Assembly (NCBI GenBank): GCA_951406725.2
Contig: OX597828.1
Span: forward strand, 6,386,001-6,450,000
DNA length: 64,000 nt
Reading direction: 5' to 3'
From: Octopus vulgaris
Lineage: Eukaryota
The notes beneath the pieces were generated by a model. The model ran no database searches. It was not told where the DNA came from and saw only the letters and a list, made by a program, of their open reading frames with translations. Made by a program: the position numbers and the translations under genes. Within the stretch, counting starts at the first letter, position 1; the number at the start of each line of letters is the position of its first letter. Shown in pieces: positions 52,845-64,000 of the stretch.

Positions 52845-53480
52845 ATATGATAGTGTATAAGAATTTATACACGGAGAGGAGACCACCATGTGGGCTCCTT
52901 ACATGCCACAAAGGGCAGTCAAAACCCAAATCACGAAATAAAATATGTTTACTTGCTGCAAGTTTCGAAGCGAGAAGGACACTTGAATGAACAAAAAATC
53001 TCAGTTAACTCTATACCCATGAGTTTCACCATTAATGATCAAATAAATCAATTAATTACTAAATTAATTGATAAATTAACCACCTGTGGCTCGTCAATAG
53101 AATCGTTGGAGAATGCTTGATTATGAAACTACAATACGTACCGAAAGTATAAAGCGCACACATAAAGCATTTAGTGCCATCTTTGTGTATCAAGAATTCA
53201 AATCGAATGCCTTCAATAAGCGCTCAGTGTAGTACAGTAGTAAATGAATTCAACCGTGTATTATCTGCCGAAGTATTTAAATATCTAACTATATAAATAC
53301 AGGGTAAAACTTATTAAATAAATAATTTATACTAGTGGTTAGCATGCGTAATAAAAGTCAAAAGACATAAATATATTTATAATAGCGTATAAGAATTATA
53401 CATGTAAGGATACCACTATGTGGATTCCTTACATGCTAGAGAGGGCAATCAAGGCCCAAACCCCGAAAAAAAATACGCAC
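52845..53480. repeat. Diverged direct repeat (about 100-bp units, about 530-bp period), pLTR-like
   Basis: atag.gtataagaatt.atac...ccac.atgtgg..tccttacatgc....agggca.tcaa..cccaaa at about 52850 and about 53382. Confidence 0.6.
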
Positions 53481-53913
53481 TGCTAACCACTGGTATAAAT
53501 TATTTATTTAATAATTTTTACTCTTTATTTATATACATTGATGAAACGGAAAAGATGCTGTCTCTAAAAGGTCATTTGGATTTACTAAACGGGGATAATA
53601 ACCGAGTTCAGTAAATTTTCACTAACTTGAGTATCACCAGCATTGAGAACCGATTTAAGAGTTAACACGGTAATCACCAGGATTATATATCTCTCGAAAG
53701 TATTTTAGGATATATATATGTATATATATATATATTTTACAAATTTGAGATTTTGCCAATGGAACCGCAACTCCTATTTCAGGATAACCTAATTGTATGG
53801 AATACACATAGAAGGTTATATCCAATAAAATAATATAGGCATTTAAAAACCTACTATAAAATGCAATAAAATTATTTGAAAAAATATTTGAAAATATCTA
53901 TATAACTTACACG

Positions 53914-53954
<41 letters not shown>

Positions 53955-54229
53955 GCGTTTGTGTGTTTTTCACTGCTTGACAATCGGTGCTGGTCTTTTG
54001 ACGTCCTCGTGAATTACCGTTTCGGCAAAAATGACCGATCGAATAAATACCAGGCGTTAAAAAAAAACATAAATCCTGATGTCAATTCGTTCGACTAAAA
54101 ATTCTTCCAGGCGATGCCCGAGCATGGCCGCTGGCTAATGACTGAAACATGTAAAAGATGCAATATAAAATGAACCGTAACTTCTAAGTCTCTACAAAAT
54201 GGATTTAACTGTTTATTCTTGCCCCTCTA

Positions 54230-54670
54230 AATAATGGTTTCAAAATTTGTCACAAGGCCAGCAGTTTTAGGGGGATGGGTGAGGCACAGACGCCAGTTAG
54301 CCACGTACTTATTAAATGAAGTCCGAAAGGATGAACGGCAGAGACTACCTTTAAAGAATTTGAACTCAGAACGGTAAGTGAGTAAGAGATACCATTCAGC
54401 ATTTTGTTGGGTGTGGTAACGATTCTGCGGCCTTACACCCCCTTTAAATAATGATTTCAAATTTCAGCACAAAGCTTGCAGTTTCAGAGGAGGATTAAAT
54501 GAATTACATTGACCCAGTGTTCAACTGGTACCTTATATTATCGACCCAGGAAAGATTTAAAGCAAAGATCAACTTGACGGAATTTGAACTCAGACCGTAA
54601 AGATGGACGAAATCCCACTAAGCATTTCGCTAGCCACGTTAACGATTCTACCAGTTCACCGCCTTAACCC
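54230..54670 (-). mobile_element. Two diverged SINE family B copies
   Basis: gaatttgaactcagaac and acgattct motifs twice. Confidence 0.7.
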
Positions 54671-57028
54671 CTCAAAATGATGATTTGTCTACTTGGCTAA
54701 TTAAGGAATTTTTCCTGTTTACCCATTCAATTCTAAAACAAACAATAGGAACTTCAGTGGTCGCAATGTCTTTTTAGTTCACGTAATTAAAAAAGAAATG
54801 CAGAAAGATAAATATAAATAAAAGTAACGATAACCGCAAATAAAAATAGTGATATACCTAATGAGTGTAAGCTCTATCTTTGAGCTATTTTCAAGTCCTA
54901 TCTTTAAGAGTGAGCAAACATCGCTGCAAGAAAGGGGTCGAGGTCTTCCCTATAATCAAGAACCACCAGCAGTTGTATGCTTCTTATCGATTTGTTAAGG
55001 CAACTATATCCAAACAAATAACGAAATAAAACAAAAGAGATGTATTTTAACGACTCTCTGTAGACATTCATTTGTTCATCCCGGACGTTGACAAATATTT
55101 ACTGCAAATCTGCGACTGTTTTTTTACATAGTATTCGCATCCTTTTGACAACAGAATGTCTACTGTTCATATATTTACAGCGGATAAAACGGTGACATAT
55201 AATCAATGAAGGCTTTTTTTAGGTTCCACCGTGTGTATGTGTGTGTGTATATACACTCACATAAAACAGAGAGGAAGGAGGTAAAGGAGTGGGGAGTATG
55301 TATTTGCATGTGTGTGTGTGTACGAGATAGAGAAGCGGTGGAAGATCGAGAAGAAATCGCAGAGTTCTTATAATATTTCGTTCATATCAATATTTAGGCA
55401 GAAATGAATTCGTACACTAAAAGAACAATCCTATATTTCTATGTATATGTGTGTTATATATGTGTGTTTTTATGTATGTATATATGTATGCATGTGCGTA
55501 TATGTGTGTATGCATATATGTAGGTTGGTATGTGTAAAGATAGATATATGTGTGTATATTTTATGTATGTATATATGTAAAAATTATAGTTGTGTATGTA
55601 TATGCGTCTATATGTGCATGTTTTTTCATGCTTGTATAATCATATGTGTGTATACATAGATATGCATACACACAAGCGCGCACAAAAACACATACGCTTA
55701 CAAACACAATCCCGCACGAACATACTTCTGCTTATTTACCTACAAACAGGAACATTTAGTGCACGAAAAGGTAAATTAGATTTTAAGATGTTTTTCTAAA
55801 CAAGAAAACCCACTCCTAGTTCATGTTTAGCTTCACTTGTGCTTCAGAGTAGGTTCATCTTTAGCTACTGTTGTCGAATTTTATTTATTACCTGACTACA
55901 CGTATTATTCTCAATCCATTTCATGAATCTCTTCATTTATTTTACTTTTTCCATTTAAACACTCAATTTCCAGTTTTATATGGTTAGCAGTTTCTTTTTT
56001 ATTCTATTTTATTTTTATGGTATTCAATCAATTCTGAAGAAGTCTCTTTCATCCAGAATACAAAGATGTTATCAACAGGGATCACGCACATTTTGGTAGA
56101 TACAAAAATTACTTTTCGCAAATAAATATGAATTGTGACTAAAATATATACAAAAGCCAATTACACTTCACTTCCAGCCCGTGATTAACTTCAGTTTGTA
56201 ACAAGTGAAACAGAAATATCAACTTAGACTGCAAAGCAGTAAATTGCAGATCGCAGGTTCCTTGTATATGGTGGGTGCAGGAAATGAGTCCTCGTGGAAT
56301 GTAGTTTTAATGTAGTTTTGTGTTTAGAAATATAATGAACGCCTTTACTGGGTTCAAATTCCCTATCCATAATGAAGACCATCAAATATATTATTCCCTT
56401 TGAGAGTATTTCATTATATAATTTATTTAGTGGATATATCTTTGCTTCAGTAATACAGCCAAAACGCAAAATAGTGGCTGATAATGAATAGCCGTCTGAA
56501 AGACTGTATGATTGGCAACGATGAGATGGTCACAGATACATTGTATTTTATAATGGAGGTTTCCAAAAAGGTCATATATATATACGTATATATATATATA
56601 CATAAACAAAGCTGTGCCAAGCTATGGTGTAAATAACGAAGTTGAGTTTCGTGAATTAATATCACGAAACCCGCTCAGAATTCGTTAGTGCCTGCTAGGA
56701 ATTTATTTCATAGATGAAATTCGGTTTTTCATTCAGCCAAATCCTAAGAAAGTGAGTGATGTTCTTGAAAGCACAGAAAATTGTCTTTGATCTTTAAGGA
56801 TTATGAGAAGCTAATATTTAACTTGTTCTATATATAAGGAGTGTCTTATTTTCAAATTGCAGAATTTGGTATAAATACGAGTACTTTTCAACTTTGTTTT
56901 ATCTTATGTAAACATATGTGTGTGTGCGTGTGTGTGTGTGTTTGTGTGTATGTGTCTACATATGCTTGTATGTATATTTATATATATATGCATATATATA
57001 TGTTTGTATATATATATATATATACATA

Positions 57029-57111
<83 letters not shown>

Positions 57112-57535
57112 GAAATTGTACATATATCTCAAATGTGGTAACAGTAAGCAATTTTCAGTGAAATTCAAAACACGTTTCAATTACATCTAATTATGATAAT
57201 CCGAACCACAAATAGATATTCAATGACATCTTAATTATACTATTTACACATCAGCCTCTTTCTTGTAAAGAAAATCAGAATTCTGCGGTTGTATTTTTGA
57301 ACAAAGCAAAACACCTCGCATACGTGTAGCAACTATATACTGTAATAATTGTACATTTCTGTCGTTATGTGCCTTTGTTTTCTTGTCTTTTTTCTCCCTC
57401 TACTCATCTCACCCTTCCCAATTCAACACATTTTCTGGCAATCTTTCTGCGAAAATATATCTGCTAATATGTATGCGTGAAGGTTTGTATGCTTGTGTAC
57501 AGACTAACACTCATGTATACATATACATATACATA

Positions 57536-57641
<106 letters not shown>

Positions 57642-57660
57642 CATACAATATATATATACA

Positions 57661-57691
<31 letters not shown>

Positions 57692-57712
57692 CAATATGTG
57701 TGTGTATCTATG

Positions 57713-57755
<43 letters not shown>

Positions 57756-57957
57756 GTATATATATGCATGTATGTATGTGCGTATGTATACATCTTATCT
57801 AAATAGCTATCAATCAAACTCTATCTACTTTCACAAGTTTCGACGAAAAATAAGGTAAATATTAATCCGTATATTTTTGTAGTCTCTACAGCGTTATATA
57901 TTTACACTTATAAATCCACACACATATATATACACACGTACACACGCATAAAGATAG

Positions 57958-58043
57958 CTAGATAGGTAGATAGACAGATAGAATGACAGACAGATAGATT
58001 GACAGACAGACAGACAGACAGATAGACAGATAGAGAGATAGAG

Positions 58044-58116
<73 letters not shown>

Positions 58117-58136
58117 CATACATACATACATACATG
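57958..58136. repeat. (GACA)/(GATA)/(CATA) tetranucleotide array
   Basis: Direct reading. Confidence 0.9.
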
Positions 58137-58539
58137 TATGTAAGCTCGCTTAAGTTCTTCATGCTGGATACGTGCTCTCTCAAAAGTGTCGATCTCTTCC
58201 TTAACCTGCTTCCTCCATCATTGGCGATGACAGGCATTGTTCTCCCAGTCAGTGTCCTGTATGTCAAAAGCCTTTAACGAGGACTTGACACAGTTATTAA
58301 ATCGTAACCTTGGTTTCTGCCGGAGTCTCCTTCCATTCACAAGTTCTCCATAGAGCATCTGCTTAGGAATCCTTCTATCCCCCATTCTAATAAGGTGTCC
58401 AGTCCAACGCAACCGGCGCTTGTGTACCATCGCCTCAATACTCAAGATATCAGCTGTCCTCAGGATCTGTGTGTCTGGAATTTTTGAGGTCCAGCCAACA
58501 TTGAGAATGTGTCTGAGACATCTCTGATGAAAAGGACCC

Positions 58540-59880
58540 TTACCTGACGTTTGTACAGAGTCCATGTCTCACACGAGTAGAGAAGCGATGTCAGTACACA
58601 AGCACGGTACACAGAAACTTTTGTTCTCCTTGCGATGCCATGTTGGGACCAGACACGAGACTGAAGAGACCGGAAGGAATTAGTTGCTCTCTGCAACCTG
58701 AAAGATATTTCCTCATCCAGGGAGCAAGAACGGCTGAGTGTGCTGCCCAGGTAGACAAACTTGTCTACTACCTTCAGAATTGTTCCTTCAACCAAGATAG
58801 CTGGTTCTATATATGGATTTCCTGGTGCAGGCTGGAACATTACAACAGTCTTGTCCAGGCTAATGCTGAGGCCAAATGCCCAGCAAGAAGCAGAAATGCA
58901 ATTCATGAGTATTTGCATGTCATCCACTGTATGAGTGACTAAGTCACAGTCATCTGCATAAAGGAGGTCACGAATAATAGACTGGGAAACCTTTGAATTG
59001 GCAGCAAATCGGCGAAGATTAAAGAGGCGGCCAGAAGATCGATATCTGACATATATTCCCAGAGAGCTAACCTTAGCAAAAGCATGAGTAAAGGCAGCAG
59101 CAAAGTACAAAGAAAAGAGAGTTGGGGCAAGGATGTCACCCTGCTTGACACCATTCTCTACAGGAATGGGTCCCGCCATGACACCACCAACATTGACCCA
59201 AGCCTCCATCCCATCAAGAAATGATTTAATTATAGATACAAAATGATCCGGACATCCAAGTTTGCCAAGTATTTTCCATAGAAAGGCCCTATTTACAGTA
59301 TCAAAGACCTTAGTTAAATCAATGAATACCTGGACAAGATCCATTTTCTGCTCATAGCACTTTTCCTGCATCTGTCTTGCTGTGAAAATCATATCCATTG
59401 TCCCTCTACCAGATCGGAAGCCACATTGAGATTCAGATAGGACATCATTTACGAGACACCCATTCAGACGGGTAAGAAGAATATTTGCCAGAACCTTGCC
59501 AGCAGCTGATAGCAGAGCAATACCTCTGTAGTTACCACACATTGTTCTGGCTCCTTTTCCTTTATATAGAGGAAGAATAATTGCATCCTTCCAGTCCCTA
59601 GGGATTGCACCATCCCTCCAGACTGCACTAATAAGTTCATGAAGGGACTGTGTGATGCAATTACCACCAAATCGCAAAACCTCGGCACAAATTCCATCCT
59701 TTCCAGGTGCCCTACCAAGATTCAATTTACTTATTGATGTCATTACTTCATGTATTGATGGCGAGGAGTCTAAGGAGTCAATGATAGGTCTTTGTTTCAT
59801 AGTATCAATCACTGTTTCATCCACAAATGACTCATGGTTTAGGAGTTCAGAGAAGTGTTCGATCCAGCGACCTGTGATTT
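58540..59880 (-). CDS. Uninterrupted RTE reverse transcriptase reading frame (no native start; frameshift near 58535)
   Basis: ORF track 58460..59905; continuation in 58218..58565. Confidence 0.85.
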
Positions 59881-60324
59881 CTGTTGAGCAACAAGTGCAG
59901 TGCATCTTTCAGGCCTGCAATCATTCCTGTTGTCCAACAAAGTACGCACATTCCAACATGAAATGTTTAAGTTCCGTCCAGATTTTATCGATAAAAGACT
60001 CTTTATTTTTCGAGCGCAGGGTGGACATCCGTCAGTCGCGCTAAACTGACTAGATATGGAACGACAGGCAATTTTTGGTTCACCTTTTCTAGAACCTCCC
60101 CGGTCTCCAGGTGAGCAATGCCCTCTCCAAATGGAGCTGCTCAGACACCCATGCAGCAACCGAATCCTACCGCTGTCTTGGGCGACAAGGAGACGACTTT
60201 ATATCTAGCATGGGCCGCCTACGTGCAGGTCGCTGACTACATGCTTCCAACCCGTCAGGTCTGCATGCTTCACCACCTTCCCATCGCTGCAGGACTTCCG
60301 AATAAAAAAAAATAAAAAAATGAA

Positions 60325-60364
<40 letters not shown>

Positions 60365-60806
60365 AGGTCGGCAATGCCTGTGCAGAGTTTTAGGTCCAGT
60401 AAGGCTTGCACAACACCTCACAGACCCTCTCCACTCTATTGACATTATCCAGAGACAAGATGTCTGGTGCCAATATGAGTCGCAGGCTCAGGGATGTGGG
60501 AGCGCCGTGATCTCTAGCACAAACCAAAGATCCCCAAAATGTTCAATGCCATTCCCTGCATATCTGGTTTTATATAAGAGTGACCTTCTCCTAGAGACGT
60601 GCTTTAACAAAAGCTGAGGGGCGCCTCACTCCCAGTGGTCTTTCAGCACGCCGGACACCACCCCGGAATTTCTACGTACCCGTGCTAACATTTTATTGGA
60701 TGGCCGTTGACTCTCAAGAGGTCCTCCGCCCTTTGACGGATTTTGTTTTTCATCCCGCAGGGTGTCCAATAAACACCCTCCTCACCAAGCAAGCTTGGTG
60801 GGGTTG

Positions 60807-60886
60807 CCGGTTTAGTCGCCGACGAACCGACCATGCAACAGGTTGTACTGGGTTACATGTTACCAGTGGCACTCGAAGGTGACCTG
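60807..60886 (-). ncRNA. HDV-like ribozyme candidate (5' strand of P1 missing)
   Basis: caggt(P2)-cac(P3)-cttcga(L3)-gtg-ccact(P1 3')-gg-taa-catgtaac..gttgcatg(P4)..ctaa(J4/2)-accgg(P2') at the extreme 5' end of the RTE. Confidence 0.55.
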
Positions 60887-61199
60887 ACATATATACATAT
60901 ATATACATATATATATATATATACACACACAATATATTATTTCGGTGTATATGCCTGTGTTTTGACGAAATGCTCAACCACATGCTCTCAGAAAGCAACA
61001 GTGTTTTGAAACCGTTTCTATTTCTTTGTCGAAATATATACATAAAGAACCAAGTAGAAGTAATATACGTTTATCGTTTTATACAAAGAATCTTACACTT
61101 CTTGCGAACTCTTCACGTATGCATTCATCAAATAGATATGTATACATAATTTACATACAAACAAAAATTTGAAACCGTCTAAATGCGATACGAAAGCAT

Positions 61200-63155
61200 A
61201 ACAAAGGATCATATCTCAAAAAATGAAAATGGACTCAAGCTCTCTTTTGAAAAAGGAGAGAGCAGAAAAAGAGATTAAGACTGTCAAAAATTTGAAGACA
61301 AACCCTAAAGCCTTTTATAGATATGGAAAAGCGTCTGCTTCAGTACGATACAAGATAAAGCCACTGTTCGAAGAAAATGCCTCGCCGGCTGTAGATACCC
61401 AGATAATCAGTGAAAGACGGAATGTACAATACAAGTGTTTTCACCTCTCCACTGGGGCACTTGCATGTAGCTACGCCAGATAATTTCTTTGGTACCGCAT
61501 GTCTATACAATGAAATGGCAATTATTGATAACACCAACATAGAGAAAGCAGATGTAAACTAAGCCACAGGCCCTGATGGATTCCTAGGAATCTTCCTAAA
61601 GAAATGCAAAGAGGCACTAGCAAGACCACTTCAGATTCTCTTCCAGAGCTTAAAGTTTAAGGAAGGCATAATATATCCCATCCATAAGGGAGGTAACAGA
61701 GCACATGCTAAAATTATAGACCTGTCTCACTAATCTCCAACGTTAGCAAAGTCATGGAACGCATTGTCAGGAAGAAACTAATTGCGTCTCTGGAAGATAG
61801 TTACTTGCTCCCTGACACACAAGATGCGGTCGCTCACGAAGCGGCCTTACACAACTTTTACTGCATTACGATTGCGTGTTGACACAATTAATGGATCGCT
61901 CAAACGTGGATGTGATATATCTCGATTTTGTAAAGGCCTTTCGTGAGGTGCTCCTAGGATGTATCATAAAGCTATGGAGACTTGGTATAGCCAGGAGACT
62001 TTCAAAGGGGTTGTATGACTTCTTAAAAGACAGAAGCCAGGCTGTGACAGCCAATGCAGCCCTCTCTAAAAAGACAGTAATAGAGAGTGGAATGTCTCAG
62101 GAAAATGTCTTGATGCTGCTTCTGTTCATATTGGATCTCTCGGACACGCCATCAGTTACACAGACAGCCACACTTACTAGCTATGTCAAAGACACAAGAG
62201 TAGTACAAGCAGTCTGGCGCTAATCTTCTACAGAAAGACCTAGATGCCAAATATAAATGGGCCGAAGAAAACAACATGCAATTTGAAGTTGGTAAATTCC
62301 AAGCAATCCGCTACCAGCTAATCGGAGCTCAGAAGTCACAACTTCGATACTTTGGACCAAAAGGGTCGGAATTCCTAGAATCACATCCAATGCGTGATCT
62401 CGGGATTGATATGGGCAATGATACCTTCTTTTACTTGCATATAATCAAGTTGGTGGCAGTTTGCAGGCGAATGTCCGAAAGCCTTCTGATCAAAGGACCA
62501 GGAAAACATACTGGTTCCATGGAGGTTTTGTGCTCAGCCGTCTGGACTACTGCTCTCACCTGTGTCACCATACAGTTTCAGATTAATAGCGAAACTTGAG
62601 GAAGTTTAGCGATGTTACACCAGGAAGATTGCATTAATGAAACGGCTGAGCTACTGGGAGAAATTGAAAGAGATACGACGCCACTCCCTGGAACGAAAAC
62701 TGGAGAGGTTTGCAGTAATATATGTATGGAAGACCATGGTGGGGTTGGCACCAAACTTTGGAATCGAGAGCTATACAAAACCCCGAACTATACCTCACTG
62801 CACTGTTCCAAAGGTCCCTGGTATCCCTTCTAGAGCGAGGACCATGTACTACAACAGCTTGAGATTCAAGGGCTCACAGCTATTTAACGCCTTACAGAAA
62901 TACCCCAACTCCATGAAGTGGAGTAGTGGTAGATATTTTCAACTAACAACTTGACCTCCTGCTATCGAATGTCCCACATCAACCAATATCAAAACAAGAG
63001 AAGAGACTCAAAAGAGAACAGCAATGTCGAGCTCCCTCCTTCGCCAAAAGCCAATAACATAGAATTAGCAATTAAAAGGATGATTACACTGGCGCTGCTC
63101 TAGTATTGCTACAGGCTTTGGGCTGAAACATGTAGAAAAGTAAAAGAATAAAAAA
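61200..63155 (+). mobile_element. CR1-type LINE, 5'-truncated, decayed RT with intact 3' tail
   Basis: KTNPKAFYRY, KATGPDG, PIHKGG..KNYRPVSL, DVIYLDFVKAF, YVKDT (decayed YADD), MRDLGI, SYWEKLKE..SLER; many frameshifts. Confidence 0.9.
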
Positions 63156-63189
63156 ATATATATCTCCTGCGAAAATATCATACATCTAG

Positions 63190-63595
63190 GCGCATGCACG
63201 GGTGTGTGTTGAGAAGCTTGATTCCTCAACACATAGTTTCGGGTTCAATCCCACTGCATGGTACATTCGGCTGGTGTCTCCTACTATAGCCTCAGGCTGA
63301 CCAAAGTCTTCTGAGTGCATTCGGTAGTTGAAAACTGAAAGAAGCCCTTTGTATGTATGTATATGTATATATATGTATATACACACACATTTGTATGTCT
63401 GCGTATCCCCACCATCCTTTGACAACCGATGTTGGACTGTTTACGTACCTTTAACATAGCGGTTCGACCAAAAGATCGATAGAATAAGTACTAGACTTAC
63501 AAATAATAATGCTTCTGCTCGATTTCTTTGATTAAAGGCGGTATTCTAGCATGGCCACACTCAAATAACTGAAACAAGTAAAAGAGAAAAGAGTA
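63190..63595 (+). mobile_element. SINE family A, diverged
   Basis: Head, body and tail recognisable. Confidence 0.8.
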
Positions 63596-63646
63596 TGTAT
63601 GTGTTTACAAGCATATATATATATGTATGCGTGTGTTCGTGTATTT

Positions 63647-63702
<56 letters not shown>

Positions 63703-63703
63703 A

Positions 63704-63905
63704 ATGTGACCGCGTGTGTACCGTTGGCGATTTCTTTCCCTCTCTCTTCCCTTCTCTGGATCTTTCCTTCTCCTATGTTTCCGACGAAGAGCTCCGCTCG
63801 AAACGTTAAATCTCCTTCTTTCCTTCTTTCCTGAGCGTCCAATAATACTATATTTGTTCCACGTCCTCGCGTTGTGTTTTTTTGTGCTTTCATGTTTGGA
63901 TTAAC

Positions 63906-63906
<1 letters not shown>
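63704..63906 (+). mobile_element. Short pLTR-like repeat with minimal hammerhead motif (63776-63812)
   Basis: gttt-CCGACGA-a-gagc(tcc)gctc-GAAA-cgtt-aaa; homolog of 30857-31053. Confidence 0.7.
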
Positions 63907-63972
<66 letters not shown>

Positions 63973-64000
63973 TTTCATAAACTTTAAGCTTATAGAGATC

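Larger units (their letters stand above)
58140..60888 (-). mobile_element. RTE-clade LINE: long 5'UTR, internally deleted APE endonuclease, open RT, 3'-truncated
   Basis: CWNVRTLLD..RPERCTALVA joined directly to RWIEHFSELLN; RT motifs NYRGIALL, QCGFRSGR, FIDLTKVFDTV, GVKQGDILAP, LYADD, FVYLGS; downstream RLRWTGHLIRM..RIPKQMLYG. Confidence 0.95.

Overview
AT-rich, microsatellite-saturated animal DNA, most likely an octopus intron or intergenic region. This organism call is an inference from the two dominant tRNA-derived SINE families, which resemble known octopus SINEs. No intact host protein-coding gene could be supported; nearly all ORFs in the track are microsatellite or SINE artefacts. Retroelements: about 30 SINE copies in three families, an RTE LINE with an open RT but a deleted endonuclease, a decayed CR1-type LINE whose 3' tail matches the main SINE tail, several R4/Dong-like (RLE) LINE fragments, and a Tx1/L1 remnant. 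DNA elements: a mariner-derived element built from two 5' ends, a Merlin-like MITE with an 8-bp TSD, and non-autonomous Helitrons. The strongest hidden signal is catalytic RNA, all folded by eye and untested. (1) A fully canonical type I hammerhead ribozyme with an unusually long stem II sits in a 594-bp-period partial tandem repeat (33410-34281; retrozyme/Penelope pLTR-like). (2) An adjacent inverted pair belongs to a second long-stem-II hammerhead family. (3) Further minimal hammerheads lie at about 23.7, 30.9, 48.4 and 63.8 kb. (4) An HDV-like ribozyme fold lies at the RTE 5' end. There is also a 1.1-kb local fold-back duplication at 5522-6626.
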